Part shown: positions 17,218-24,952 of the stretch, piece by piece | How the letters are laid out: each line of letters begins with the position of its first letter | Position numbering within the stretch: position 1 is the first letter of the stretch | DNA from: Candidatus Faecivivens stercorigallinarum | GTDB taxonomy: Bacteria > Bacillota > Clostridia > Oscillospirales > Ruminococcaceae | Assembly: GCA_018715465.1 (NCBI GenBank) | Contig: DVLN01000134.1 | Span: forward strand, 1-39,364 | Length of the DNA stretch: 39,364 bases | Direction of reading: 5' to 3' | The notes under the pieces: generated by a model | Seen by the model: only the letters and a program-made list of their open reading frames with translations | The model's database searches: none | Told to the model about the DNA's origin: nothing | Translations under genes and position numbers: made by a program

Positions 17218-18139
17218 GAAAAAACTGGATGCCGAATTGATCAGCAGCATGGCGGAGCGTTCGCCGCGGGAACTGATCCGGTTGTCGGAAAAACGTTACC
17301 GTGATCAGATCGCGGAGGTTGCTGACCGCTTTGCCGCACAGTTCCCCAGACAGAAAATTATCCTGCTCTCCGGTCCCACCAGCTCCGGTAAAACAACCAC
17401 TTCCCACAACCTCGATACAGAACTGGAAAAACGCGGCATTCATACCTTTCCCCTGTCGCTGGACGATTTCTTTTTCGACCGGGACCGGGCGCCGCTGATG
17501 GAAAACGGCAAGCCTGACCTTGAAACCCCCGAACTGATCGACACCGGGACGCTGGAAAGCTGCCTGGAAGTACTGTTCAGGGAAGGGAAGGCTGATTTCC
17601 CGATCTTTGACTTTAAGCTGGGGAAACGCAGCGACCGGGTCTGGACCCATGAGTATGACGAAAATACCGCGATCATCATTGAGGGGCTGCATGCCCTTAA
17701 CCCGCTGATCGCCGGACGGCCAATCTTTTCCGACGCACTCAGGCTGTACATCTCGATCAAAACCGAATACTATACCGGCTGCCAGCGGCTGATCTCCAGC
17801 CGGGAGATGCGGCTGATCCGCCGGATTATCCGGGACAACAGTTTCCGCGGCTGTGCGCCGGAGGCGACGATCGCGATGTGGGATAATGTCGTCAGAGGGG
17901 AAGAAAAACATATCCGCCCCTTCCGTACGGGTGCGGACGTCTGGATCGACTCGCTGCATCTGTATGAGCCGGCTCTCTACCGGCCAATCGCTGAAAAACT
18001 GCTGCTGCCCTGTCTGGCCAGCGGCGAATGCGCGGAAGAAGCGAAAAGCCTGCTTGAAAAGCTGTCACACTTTGCGCCGATGCAGCCGGAGGGAATCCCG
18101 TCCGATTCGCTGATGCGGGAGTTTTTGGAAGGAATCTGA
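17201..18139 (+). CDS. uridine kinase/phosphoribulokinase-family nucleoside kinase-like protein
   Basis: P-loop LLSGPTSSGKTTTS. The ATG at 17201 has RBS AAGGAG and overlaps the hemZ end by 17 nt. Confidence 0.75.
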   Translation: MVSDVKKKLDAELISSMAERSPRELIRLSEKRYRDQIAEVADRFAAQFPRQKIILLSGPTSSGKTTTSHNLDTELEKRGIHTFPLSLDDFFFDRDRAPLMENGKPDLETPELIDTGTLESCLEVLFREGKADFPIFDFKLGKRSDRVWTHEYDENTAIIIEGLHALNPLIAGRPIFSDALRLYISIKTEYYTGCQRLISSREMRLIRRIIRDNSFRGCAPEATIAMWDNVVRGEEKHIRPFRTGADVWIDSLHLYEPALYRPIAEKLLLPCLASGECAEEAKSLLEKLSHFAPMQPEGIPSDSLMREFLEGI

Positions 18140-18191
18140 GGATAAAAAATTCGACGGTCTGTAAGGATTTTCTTAAATTTTTTTGATATGC

Positions 18192-18220
18192 TTGCAAGGC
18201 TGTACCATATGGTTTATAAT
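18192..18220 (+). promoter_or_regulatory. sigma-A promoter for the zinc-ribbon protein gene
   Basis: TTGCAA (18192-18197), a 17-nt spacer, then TATAAT (18215-18220). Confidence 0.6.
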
Positions 18221-18285
18221 AAGAACAGAAAGGCATCCCCCATAGTGGGGACAGCGGTTGCGCTGTGCCGGAAAGGAAGGATAAC

Positions 18286-18837
18286 ATGGGATTTATTGAT
18301 GAACTGTTGTCTTCCGCGAAGATCGTGGTCGACAAGGCCGGAAAACAGACCGATAAGGTTCTGGAAATTTCCAAACTCAAATATCAGAGCATCCAGCTTC
18401 AGAATGAACTGAGCCATCTCTATGAACAGCTGGGTGTCGCGACCTATGCAAAAATGGTCCAGGAAGCTGACAATGGCGACCTGATCGCGTCGCTGGGCGA
18501 CGAGATCACCGAGGTGCGCGCTGCCCTTGAGGTCGTTGAGGAAAAAATCAGCGAACAGAAAAACCTTCGCACCTGCCCCAATTGCGGCGCTAAACTCCCC
18601 CGTGAGGCTGTTTTCTGCTCCAGCTGCGGTACAAAGCTGGAAGATGATGAGGATGTGCCCGCGGATGATGCCGGCTGCTGCTGCGATGAGGAATGCGGCA
18701 CTGCCTGCGGCGAGGAATGCTGCGCCGATGAGGAGCCGTCCTGCTGCTGCGGCGAAAAGGCTGCGGATGAAACGGAAGAGGCTGAGGGATGCTGTGAAAA
18801 GGATCCCGCTGCCGGTGAGACGAAAAACGCTGAATAA
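18286..18837 (+). CDS. coiled-coil / zinc-ribbon protein with an acidic poly-cysteine tail
   Basis: ATG at 18286 after GAAAGGAAGG (the track start at 18265 is GTG). Zinc ribbon CPNCGAKLPREAVFCSSCG. Tail DDAGCCCDEECGTACGEECCADEEPSCCCGEKAADETEEAEGCCEKD. Confidence 0.75.
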   Translation: MGFIDELLSSAKIVVDKAGKQTDKVLEISKLKYQSIQLQNELSHLYEQLGVATYAKMVQEADNGDLIASLGDEITEVRAALEVVEEKISEQKNLRTCPNCGAKLPREAVFCSSCGTKLEDDEDVPADDAGCCCDEECGTACGEECCADEEPSCCCGEKAADETEEAEGCCEKDPAAGETKNAE

Positions 18838-18897
18838 GCGGGTGAGTCTCTGAAATCAGTTCCCTAAACGGGAACAGGTGCGGAGTGCCGCACCGAT

Positions 18898-18955
18898 TGC
18901 CCTTTCTCTGGCGCTGGCCGCTCTGGGCGGCACGGCTATGGGAGAGGGCATTTTT
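18898..18955 (+). terminator. probable intrinsic terminator (Y-shaped)
   Basis: TGCCCTTTCTC (18898-18908) pairs with GGGAGAGGGCA (18940-18950) through two G-U pairs. The inner hairpin is GCCGC-TCTGG-GCGGC, and TTTTT follows. Confidence 0.45.
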
Positions 18956-19025
18956 AGGCGCAGATGAGACTGTGCCGATACATAAAGGGCAGAGAAAATT
19001 CCTGCCTGTTAAGGGAGTGAACCAT

Positions 19026-20807
19026 TTGCAACAAACCCGGAACAGAGAGGCGGAATCACAAAACGTCTCAAGGGGAGGGCAGAACCTGCTGCGCGGCGCG
19101 TCGGTGCTGGGCGCGTCGATGATCATTGTCAAGTTGTTCGGTGCACTGTTCAAAATCCCGCTGGGAAATATCCTGGACGGGGATGGGATGGGATATTTTT
19201 CGACCTCCTATTCGATTTTTACGATGATTTATTCCTTCTCGACCGCGGGGCTGCCGGCTGCGATCGCGAAGATGGTCGCGGAACAGTCGGTCCGCGGCAG
19301 GGCCAGGGATATCCGGCGGCTGCGGCAGCTGTCGCTCAGACTGTTTCTGATCCTCGGACTGGTCGGGACAGGGCTGATCCTGCTGCTGAGCAAGGTGTAT
19401 GTCAATATTGCCAACAATCCCGGTGCCTGGTACTGTGTGCTTGCGATTGCACCGGCGGTCTTTTTCGGATGTATGACCAGCGCCTATCGCGGCTACTATG
19501 AGGGGCTGCGGAATATGAGCCCGACTGCCGTTTCGCAGGTGGTCGAGGTTATAGTCAAGCTGGTGTTCGGTTTATCGCTGTCGTTTGGGACGGTTGTCTG
19601 GGGCAACGCTCAGTTTGAGGCAGGGAAAAAGGTGTTCGGTGTCGTCTGCAAGACGGCGTCTGAGGCAAACGCCGCCATCCAGCCGGTCGCGTCGGCTGCT
19701 GCTATCTTGGGCGTCACCATCTCGACGATGGCCGGTACGCTGTATCTTATGTATAAATTCCGCCGCACCGGCGACGGAATGAGCGCTGATGCGCTGCGGT
19801 ATTCTCCCCGGCCGATGCGTGGACGGGTGCTGGTAGTAAGGCTGGTGACGATTGCGGTGCCGATTTCGCTGTCGTCGATCGTTATGAACGTCGCACAGGC
19901 AGTCGATACCGTCACGATCATCAACTGTTTGCAGTTCGCGTTCGATCATTTCCCCGAAAAGATGAACGCAATCTATCAGAATATTCTCACCCAGGCGACG
20001 CTGGGCGGAGAGTCGGCCGCTAACTTTATCTACGGTTCCTATGCCGGGTACGCGCTGTCGATCTTTAATCTGGTGCCCGCTTTCTGCAACATCTTCGGTA
20101 AATCTGCGCTGCCCAATGTTACCGCCTGCTGGTCGGCAGGCGACCGGGACGGAACCCGGCTGAACATTGAGTCGGTCATCCGTATGACCAGTCTGATCGC
20201 GATTCCGGCGAGCTTCGGGATTTTCTTCATGTCCGAACCGATTCTCAGCCTGCTCTATCCGCTCAAGGAAGCGGAAGTCGCGGTCGCGTCGGGGGTTTTG
20301 TCCTGGCAGGGTATCTCGCTGATCTTCCTCGGGCTGACGGTGCCGCTGTTTGCGGTCATGCAGGGGCTGGGATATGCCGGCAAGCCGCCAAAATACATGC
20401 TGGCCGGTGTGATCGTCAAGTTTGTGGTCAACCTCGTCACCATCTGCATTCCCGCGGTCAATATTGCGGGCGCGGCACTCGGGACCGGGGCGTGCTATCT
20501 GATCATTCTGGTACTGTCGCTGCGGGGACTGCGCAAGGTTACCGGGCTGCCGATCAGTTTTCTGCGGCTGACCGGCAAGCAGCTGGTTGCCGGGTTCGGA
20601 TGCGGGCTGTCGGCGTGGGGCTGCTACAAGCTGCTGAGCGGGGTATCCGCGTCCCATCTGATGACGCTTGTTTCGGTTGGGGTTGCAGGGTGCGTGTATG
20701 TTGTCCTGCTGCTGGTGCTGCGGGCACTGTCGCGGGAAGACATCGAAATGCTGCCTAAGGGAGAAAAATTTGCAAAACTACTTGCAAAATGGAAACTTAT
20801 CGGTTAA
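19026..20807 (+). CDS. MOP-superfamily polysaccharide/lipid-II flippase-like membrane protein (YabM/MurJ-like)
   Basis: LLRGASVLGASMIIVKLFGALFKIPLGNILDGDGMGYFSTSYSIF is the MurJ/Wzx-like N-terminus, and the protein is polytopic. There is no in-frame ATG before TM1. TTG 19026 (or GTG 19017) follows RBS AAGGGAG (19011-19017), so the start is uncertain by a few codons. Confidence 0.75.
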   Translation: MQQTRNREAESQNVSRGGQNLLRGASVLGASMIIVKLFGALFKIPLGNILDGDGMGYFSTSYSIFTMIYSFSTAGLPAAIAKMVAEQSVRGRARDIRRLRQLSLRLFLILGLVGTGLILLLSKVYVNIANNPGAWYCVLAIAPAVFFGCMTSAYRGYYEGLRNMSPTAVSQVVEVIVKLVFGLSLSFGTVVWGNAQFEAGKKVFGVVCKTASEANAAIQPVASAAAILGVTISTMAGTLYLMYKFRRTGDGMSADALRYSPRPMRGRVLVVRLVTIAVPISLSSIVMNVAQAVDTVTIINCLQFAFDHFPEKMNAIYQNILTQATLGGESAANFIYGSYAGYALSIFNLVPAFCNIFGKSALPNVTACWSAGDRDGTRLNIESVIRMTSLIAIPASFGIFFMSEPILSLLYPLKEAEVAVASGVLSWQGISLIFLGLTVPLFAVMQGLGYAGKPPKYMLAGVIVKFVVNLVTICIPAVNIAGAALGTGACYLIILVLSLRGLRKVTGLPISFLRLTGKQLVAGFGCGLSAWGCYKLLSGVSASHLMTLVSVGVAGCVYVVLLLVLRALSREDIEMLPKGEKFAKLLAKWKLIG

Positions 20808-20882
20808 AATAGTACCGTGTGCTGTAAACGCGCCAGCCGCTGCCCCTGCGGGGTTTCACAGTTTTTGAGGAGGAACGGAAAA

Positions 20883-21617
20883 ATGACGGATTTTCCCAAA
20901 AAGGATGTTTATACCCTGTCGGACCTGCACCGGCTGACCATGCTGCTCCGTACGCCCGACGGCTGTCCGTGGGACAGGGTGCAGACCCATTCCAGCATCC
21001 GGCGTGATTTCCTGGAGGAAGCGTACGAAGCGGTCGAGGCAATCGACCGCGATGATCCCGCTCTCTTGTGTGAAGAGCTGGGAGATGTCCTGTTCCAGGT
21101 GGTCTTTCATTCGGTCATCGAGGAGGAACGGGGCAGATGCTCCCTCTCCGATGTGGTCACCGGTGTGACCCGCAAAATGCTGATGCGGCATCCCCATGTC
21201 TTTGGTGATCTGCAGGTCAGCAGCGAGGGCGAAGTTCTGACCAACTGGGAACAGATCAAGAATGATTCCAAAGGGGTTACGTCAGCTGCCGAAACACTGC
21301 GTCTGGTGCCGGAGACTTTTCCGGCGCTGATGAAGGCGGACAAGCTGATCAAAAGGGCCGATAAGGCCGGTGCTTTGGCTGGCGAAAAGCTGGCCGGTTC
21401 GCTGGAACAAGCGTGCAGGACATTTGAACAGGCAGAAGGCGATCAGGCGTCTGAGGCGCTGGGAGAGCTGCTGCTGGCAGTTGTTGCCGCCGCCCGTGAA
21501 AAGGGCGCCGATGCGGAGATGAGCCTGCTGGAGGCCTGCAAGGGGCTGGTAGAGCGGTTTTCGGCTGCGGAGGAAAGGGCAGCACGGGAAGGTCTGCCGC
21601 TTGGGGAGACCTTTTGA
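20883..21617 (+). CDS. mazG: nucleoside triphosphate pyrophosphohydrolase MazG
   Basis: LRTPDGCPWDRVQTHSSIRRDFLEEAYEAVEAI and EELGDVLFQVVFH motifs. RBS GAGGAGG at 20867-20873. Confidence 0.9.
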   Translation: MTDFPKKDVYTLSDLHRLTMLLRTPDGCPWDRVQTHSSIRRDFLEEAYEAVEAIDRDDPALLCEELGDVLFQVVFHSVIEEERGRCSLSDVVTGVTRKMLMRHPHVFGDLQVSSEGEVLTNWEQIKNDSKGVTSAAETLRLVPETFPALMKADKLIKRADKAGALAGEKLAGSLEQACRTFEQAEGDQASEALGELLLAVVAAAREKGADAEMSLLEACKGLVERFSAAEERAAREGLPLGETF

Positions 21618-21745
21618 AAAAATTGTGCGTTTGGCTGCACAAAAACATTGAAATCCGGTGGGTGACGGCCGTCTGAGCCGTTTTTGGCGCGCTGCGTACA
21701 AAAAGTGAAAGGACCCGGATCAAATAGAATTTGGAGGAAATTATC

Positions 21746-22021
21746 ATGACAAAAACTGAACTGATCAACGAAGTTGCAAATAAAACCGAACTGACCAAAA
21801 AGGACTGCGAAAAGGCAGTCAATGCTGTGATCGAGAGCATCACCGACGCTCTGATCATGGGCGATAAGGTACAGCTGGTCGGCTTTGGCACCTTTGAGGT
21901 CCGCGACCGCGCTGCCAGAGAAGGCAAAAACCCCGCTACCGGCGAGGCAATCTCTATCCCCGCTACCCGCGTTCCCGCTTTCAAGGCCGGCAAGGCTCTG
22001 AAGGACGCGATTGCCAAATAA
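21746..22021 (+). CDS. hup: HU family DNA-binding protein
   Basis: [11 protein letters not shown]...[57 protein letters not shown]. Confidence 0.95.
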   Translation: MTKTELINEVANKTELTKKDCEKAVNAVIESITDALIMGDKVQLVGFGTFEVRDRAAREGKNPATGEAISIPATRVPAFKAGKALKDAIAK

Positions 22022-22112
22022 TTTTGCTCCGCCTGAGATTTCAGCGGCGCTGCCTGAACTGGATGGCGTGACCATTGGAACAGGCTTGGCATGCGGATGT
22101 AAAGGTTACCAC

Positions 22113-22152
22113 GGGCTGTCCTGCCTTCAACTGCGGGACAGCCCTTTTGTTT
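22113..22152 (+). terminator. rho-independent terminator after hup
   Basis: GGGCTGTCCTGC pairs with GCGGGACAGCCC, followed by TTTTGTTT. Confidence 0.8.
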
Positions 22153-22186
22153 GCCGCTTTTATTGCGGCGGAAAGGATGAATCAGT

Positions 22187-22429
22187 ATGAGACTGGACAA
22201 GTTTTTGAAGGTCAGCCGGATTATTAAACGGCGCACCGTTGCAAATGAAGCCTGTGATGCCGGCAGAATCCTTGTCGGGGACAAGCCCGCCCGCGCTTCG
22301 TATGAGGTCAAGGTCGGGGACGTACTGGAAATCGGTGTCGGCCGCCCGATGAAAGTCAGGGTCCTCTCGGTCAACGAGTACGCGACCAAGGAAAACGCAG
22401 CGGAAATGTACGAGATCCTGCCGGAATAA
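22187..22429 (+). CDS. yabO: S4-domain RNA-binding protein (YabO/Hsp15-like)
   Basis: MRLDKFLKVSRIIKRRTVANEACDAGRILVGDKPARASYEVKVGDVLEI. RBS AAAGGA. Confidence 0.9.
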   Translation: MRLDKFLKVSRIIKRRTVANEACDAGRILVGDKPARASYEVKVGDVLEIGVGRPMKVRVLSVNEYATKENAAEMYEILPE

Positions 22430-22457
22430 CGGCGGAATGTACATGGATAAAGTGCAG

Positions 22458-22487
22458 GGCGACGGCAGGAAACTGCTGTCGCCTTTT
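22458..22487 (+). terminator. rho-independent terminator after yabO
   Basis: GGCGACGGCAG-GAAA-CTGCTGTCGCC followed by TTTT. Confidence 0.75.
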
Positions 22488-22489
22488 CC

Positions 22490-23215
22490 TATCTCCGGCT
22501 TTCTGTTTTGGCGGTGACAGAAGGAGTAAACGGCGGCAACAGCTGCCGCCTTGGCTCTCCATTAGGAGAGCAGCCATCCGTAGAGGCTTCACGATAGTGA
22601 CTGAGAGGGCGAAAAACGATTATGTTGTACCGCCATGAACTGTCCACCGGACAGTTCATGGGGAGAACAAGTCGAATATCGTCAGCGCCGTGCCGGCTCA
22701 CGTAGTCCCACCTGAGCGGGTAAGGCGGAACTGCTGTCCTCGCTCGTTTTTATGGATGAAGAGGGTATCGAACCCCCTTCATCCATAGGGGACGCCCTTG
22801 CTATGCGTCCCCTACGCAAAATACCTGCGGGCATTTTGCTACCCCTTGCTGAGCTGATTTTGGGGAAAGGATTTCGCTCTCTGCGGAGAGCGACCAGGGG
22901 CTCTGCCCGCTGGACCCCGCAAGCCTTTGAAAAGGCTTGACCTAAACTTTTGAATGATTACTCCCGTTAGAAAGTGCTTTTCGTTACCAACTACCTACCC
23001 GGCGCGTTTGCAAAGATTGTTATTTTGCAATCGAGGCCGTCGGTAGCGCATGTATGCGCTTCGCGGCCGAACAACGCGATCAAGTCAGCGCGGACACCGC
23101 GCCCGTCGGTAGTGCATGTATGCGCTTCGCGGCCGAACAACGCGAACAAGGGAGCGGAAGCATTCCGCCGCAGGCACTGCGCCCCGGAAACCGGGTAACA
23201 AATGGGGAGTGTGTT
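22490..23215 (+). repeat. mosaic multi-hairpin element, copy B
   Basis: Hairpins at 22532-22550, 22633-22661, 22754-22784, 22786-22814, 22818-22837, 22874-22893, 22894-22913 and 22921-22938, plus the 66-bp duplicated module. It is collinear with copy C and with the reverse complement of copy A. Confidence 0.8.
23037..23168. repeat. 66-bp tandem duplication inside copy B
   Basis: CCGTCGGTAGyGCATGTATGCGCTTCGCGGCCGAACAACGCGAwCAAG occurs at 23037 and at 23103. Each copy contains the palindrome GCGCAT-GT-ATGCGC. Confidence 0.8.
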
Positions 23216-23285
23216 CATATAATGGGTTGGCACTGCATATCCTTTCCAGAGGGCAGGCGCCCCCGCTATGAAAGGATGTGGTCGG

Positions 23286-23579
23286 ATGGATCAGCAACTC
23301 GCGCGTGACCGTAACCCTCAGCCCGCTAAACCTCACCGCCTCTCTCTCGATTCCCGTAAACGTCTCGAACTGACCGGCGTCAAACAGGTTGAATGCTTTG
23401 ACGATACCTTCGCCGTCCTCGATACAACAATGGGCCGGTTGGAGATCCGCGGTCAGGGCCTGGCAATCCTCGACCTCTCTTCCGATGGCGGCGACCTCTC
23501 GATGACCGGTACCGTCTCGGCACTCTTTTATCAGGATGACCAGCCCCGCGCCTTCTTCGGGAGGGGGCGGAAAAAATGA
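23286..23579 (+). CDS. yabP: sporulation protein YabP
   Basis: HRLSLDSRKRLELTGVKQVECFDDTFAVLDTTMGRLEIRGQGLAILDL matches the YabP pattern. The ATG at 23286 follows GAAAGGA, and 23268 is an alternative start. Confidence 0.85.
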   Translation: MDQQLARDRNPQPAKPHRLSLDSRKRLELTGVKQVECFDDTFAVLDTTMGRLEIRGQGLAILDLSSDGGDLSMTGTVSALFYQDDQPRAFFGRGRKK

Positions 23580-24010
23580 TCGCTGCTGAGGCAATGCTGT
23601 TTCTGACCTCCTGTCTGCTTGGCGCGGCGCTCGGCGTGGTGTACGACCTTTTCCGCGCTGTCCGGCTGCTCTTCCCGCCAGGGGCTGCGCTCGCATTTGC
23701 TGAGGATGGCCTTTTCTTTGCAGTCGTCGGCGTCGCTGAGTTTGTCTTTTTTCTCAATCATACCTATGGACAGCTCAGAGGTTTTCTGCTGATCGGACAG
23801 GGACTTGGTTTTCTGATTTATTATCTGACGGCCGGCCGGGCGGTGTATTGCCTGATGCGGCGGCTTACACGATTGCTTAAAGGGATGGTTCGCTGGGTGT
23901 GTGGAAGAATTATTTGGATTGTGAATAAGATATGCAGAGAAAAAGTTAAAAAAACTGTTCAAATGGCCGAAAATCTGCAAAATGCTCCCGCATCGGCAAA
24001 ATCTACTTGA
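23576..24010 (+). CDS. yabQ: spore cortex biosynthesis protein YabQ
   Basis: ATGA overlap with the yabP stop. The small polytopic membrane protein begins MIAAEAMLFLTSCLLGAALGVVYDLFRAVR. It sits in the conserved position after yabP. Confidence 0.8.
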   Translation: MIAAEAMLFLTSCLLGAALGVVYDLFRAVRLLFPPGAALAFAEDGLFFAVVGVAEFVFFLNHTYGQLRGFLLIGQGLGFLIYYLTAGRAVYCLMRRLTRLLKGMVRWVCGRIIWIVNKICREKVKKTVQMAENLQNAPASAKST

Positions 24011-24035
24011 AAGTTTGATTTGCCCTGTGTATAAT
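24007..24035 (+). promoter_or_regulatory. sigma-A promoter for ftsB/divIC-yabR
   Basis: TTGAAA (24007-24012), a 17-nt spacer, then TATAAT (24030-24035). Confidence 0.55.
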
Positions 24036-24074
24036 AGAGTTAATTATTACTGATAGTGGGGGTTTGCTGTTTTG

Positions 24075-24365
24075 ATGAAGAGCAAAAAAAATCGGGTAAA
24101 CAGATTATTCGGAATAGCTGTTGGCGCTCTGGTTATTTATCTTGCGATTTCGTCAATGGTCCTGTATGTGGACATTACGTCCTATCAGAACAGGCTCGAT
24201 GATCTGACTCGTCAGTGCGAAGAACAGGAAATCGAAAACCAGCAGCTTGGCGCACGTATCGAAGAAGGCGCGGACTATGACTATGTCATCCGCACCGCCA
24301 GAGAGAAGCTCGGCCTCATCTTCCCGGAAGAACAGGTTTTTTATAACGCTTCCGGTAATCAGTAA
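24075..24365 (+). CDS. septum formation initiator FtsB/DivIC family protein
   Basis: N-terminal TM (LFGIAVGALVIYLAISSMVLYV), a coiled coil (YQNRLDDLTRQCEEQEIENQQL) and the C-terminal motif DYVIRTAREKLGLIFPEE. TTG 24072 is an alternative start. Confidence 0.85.
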   Translation: MKSKKNRVNRLFGIAVGALVIYLAISSMVLYVDITSYQNRLDDLTRQCEEQEIENQQLGARIEEGADYDYVIRTAREKLGLIFPEEQVFYNASGNQ

Positions 24366-24394
24366 AATTTTTAAGGGAGGCAGCTTAGGGTTTT

Positions 24395-24919
24395 ATGCAG
24401 CTGGAAATTGGAAAGATCGTCGAAGGTACGGTCACCGGGATCACGAAGTTTGGCGCTTTCGTTGATCTTGGCGAGGGAAAAACCGGGATGGTTCATATCT
24501 CCGAGGTCGCGCCTACTTACGTCAAGGAGATTACCGACTATCTGACGCAGGGACAGACCGTCAAGGTGCGTATCCTTTCGATCGCTCCTGATGGGAAAAT
24601 CGGTCTGTCGGTCAAACAGGCGATGGAGAATCCTCCCCAGGATCGGCCCCGCCGTCCCCGTACGGATTCCCGTGATCAGAGCCAGGGACACCGGGAAGGC
24701 CGTCCTGCAGGCAGACCTGCGTTTAAAAAGGACAGCGGCTTTGCCAATGCGCCCCGTGACTGGAACAGTGTGCCCAAAAACTCCGGGAGCAAGGATTTTG
24801 AGGATATGCTCTCGAAATTTATGGCGCGCAGCGATGAGAAAATTTCCGACCTCAAGCGCAATACCGACGGTAAGCGCGGGAGCTTTGGCCCTCGCCGCGG
24901 CGGTAAACAGCAGGGTTGA
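24395..24919 (+). CDS. yabR: S1 RNA-binding domain protein (YabR-like)
   Basis: IGKIVEGTVTGITKFGAFVDLGEGKTGMVHISEVAPTYVKEITDYLTQGQTVKVRIL followed by a basic disordered tail. Confidence 0.9.
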   Translation: MQLEIGKIVEGTVTGITKFGAFVDLGEGKTGMVHISEVAPTYVKEITDYLTQGQTVKVRILSIAPDGKIGLSVKQAMENPPQDRPRRPRTDSRDQSQGHREGRPAGRPAFKKDSGFANAPRDWNSVPKNSGSKDFEDMLSKFMARSDEKISDLKRNTDGKRGSFGPRRGGKQQG

Positions 24920-24952
24920 TGTCGTTTTTTAGTGGATGATTTTAGAAATAAG

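Noticed and set aside
22763-22777. tRNA-like T-arm (GGGTATCGAACCCCC), also at 32806-32821.
   Set aside because: Only a T-loop-like hairpin is present. No acceptor, D or anticodon arms can be drawn around it, and the stem is 12 bp rather than 5 bp. It is reported as a loop motif only.
22752-22940. Apparently conserved small proteins in the repeat element: 22752..22940 (+), 14082..14279 (-) and 32679..33008 (+), sharing GDALAMRPL..PAGILLPLAELILGKGF.
   Set aside because: The similarity is a by-product of nucleotide-level repeat conservation. Copy C has a 25-nt insertion that breaks the frame. Changes between copies are paired stem substitutions rather than synonymous changes. No RBS is present.
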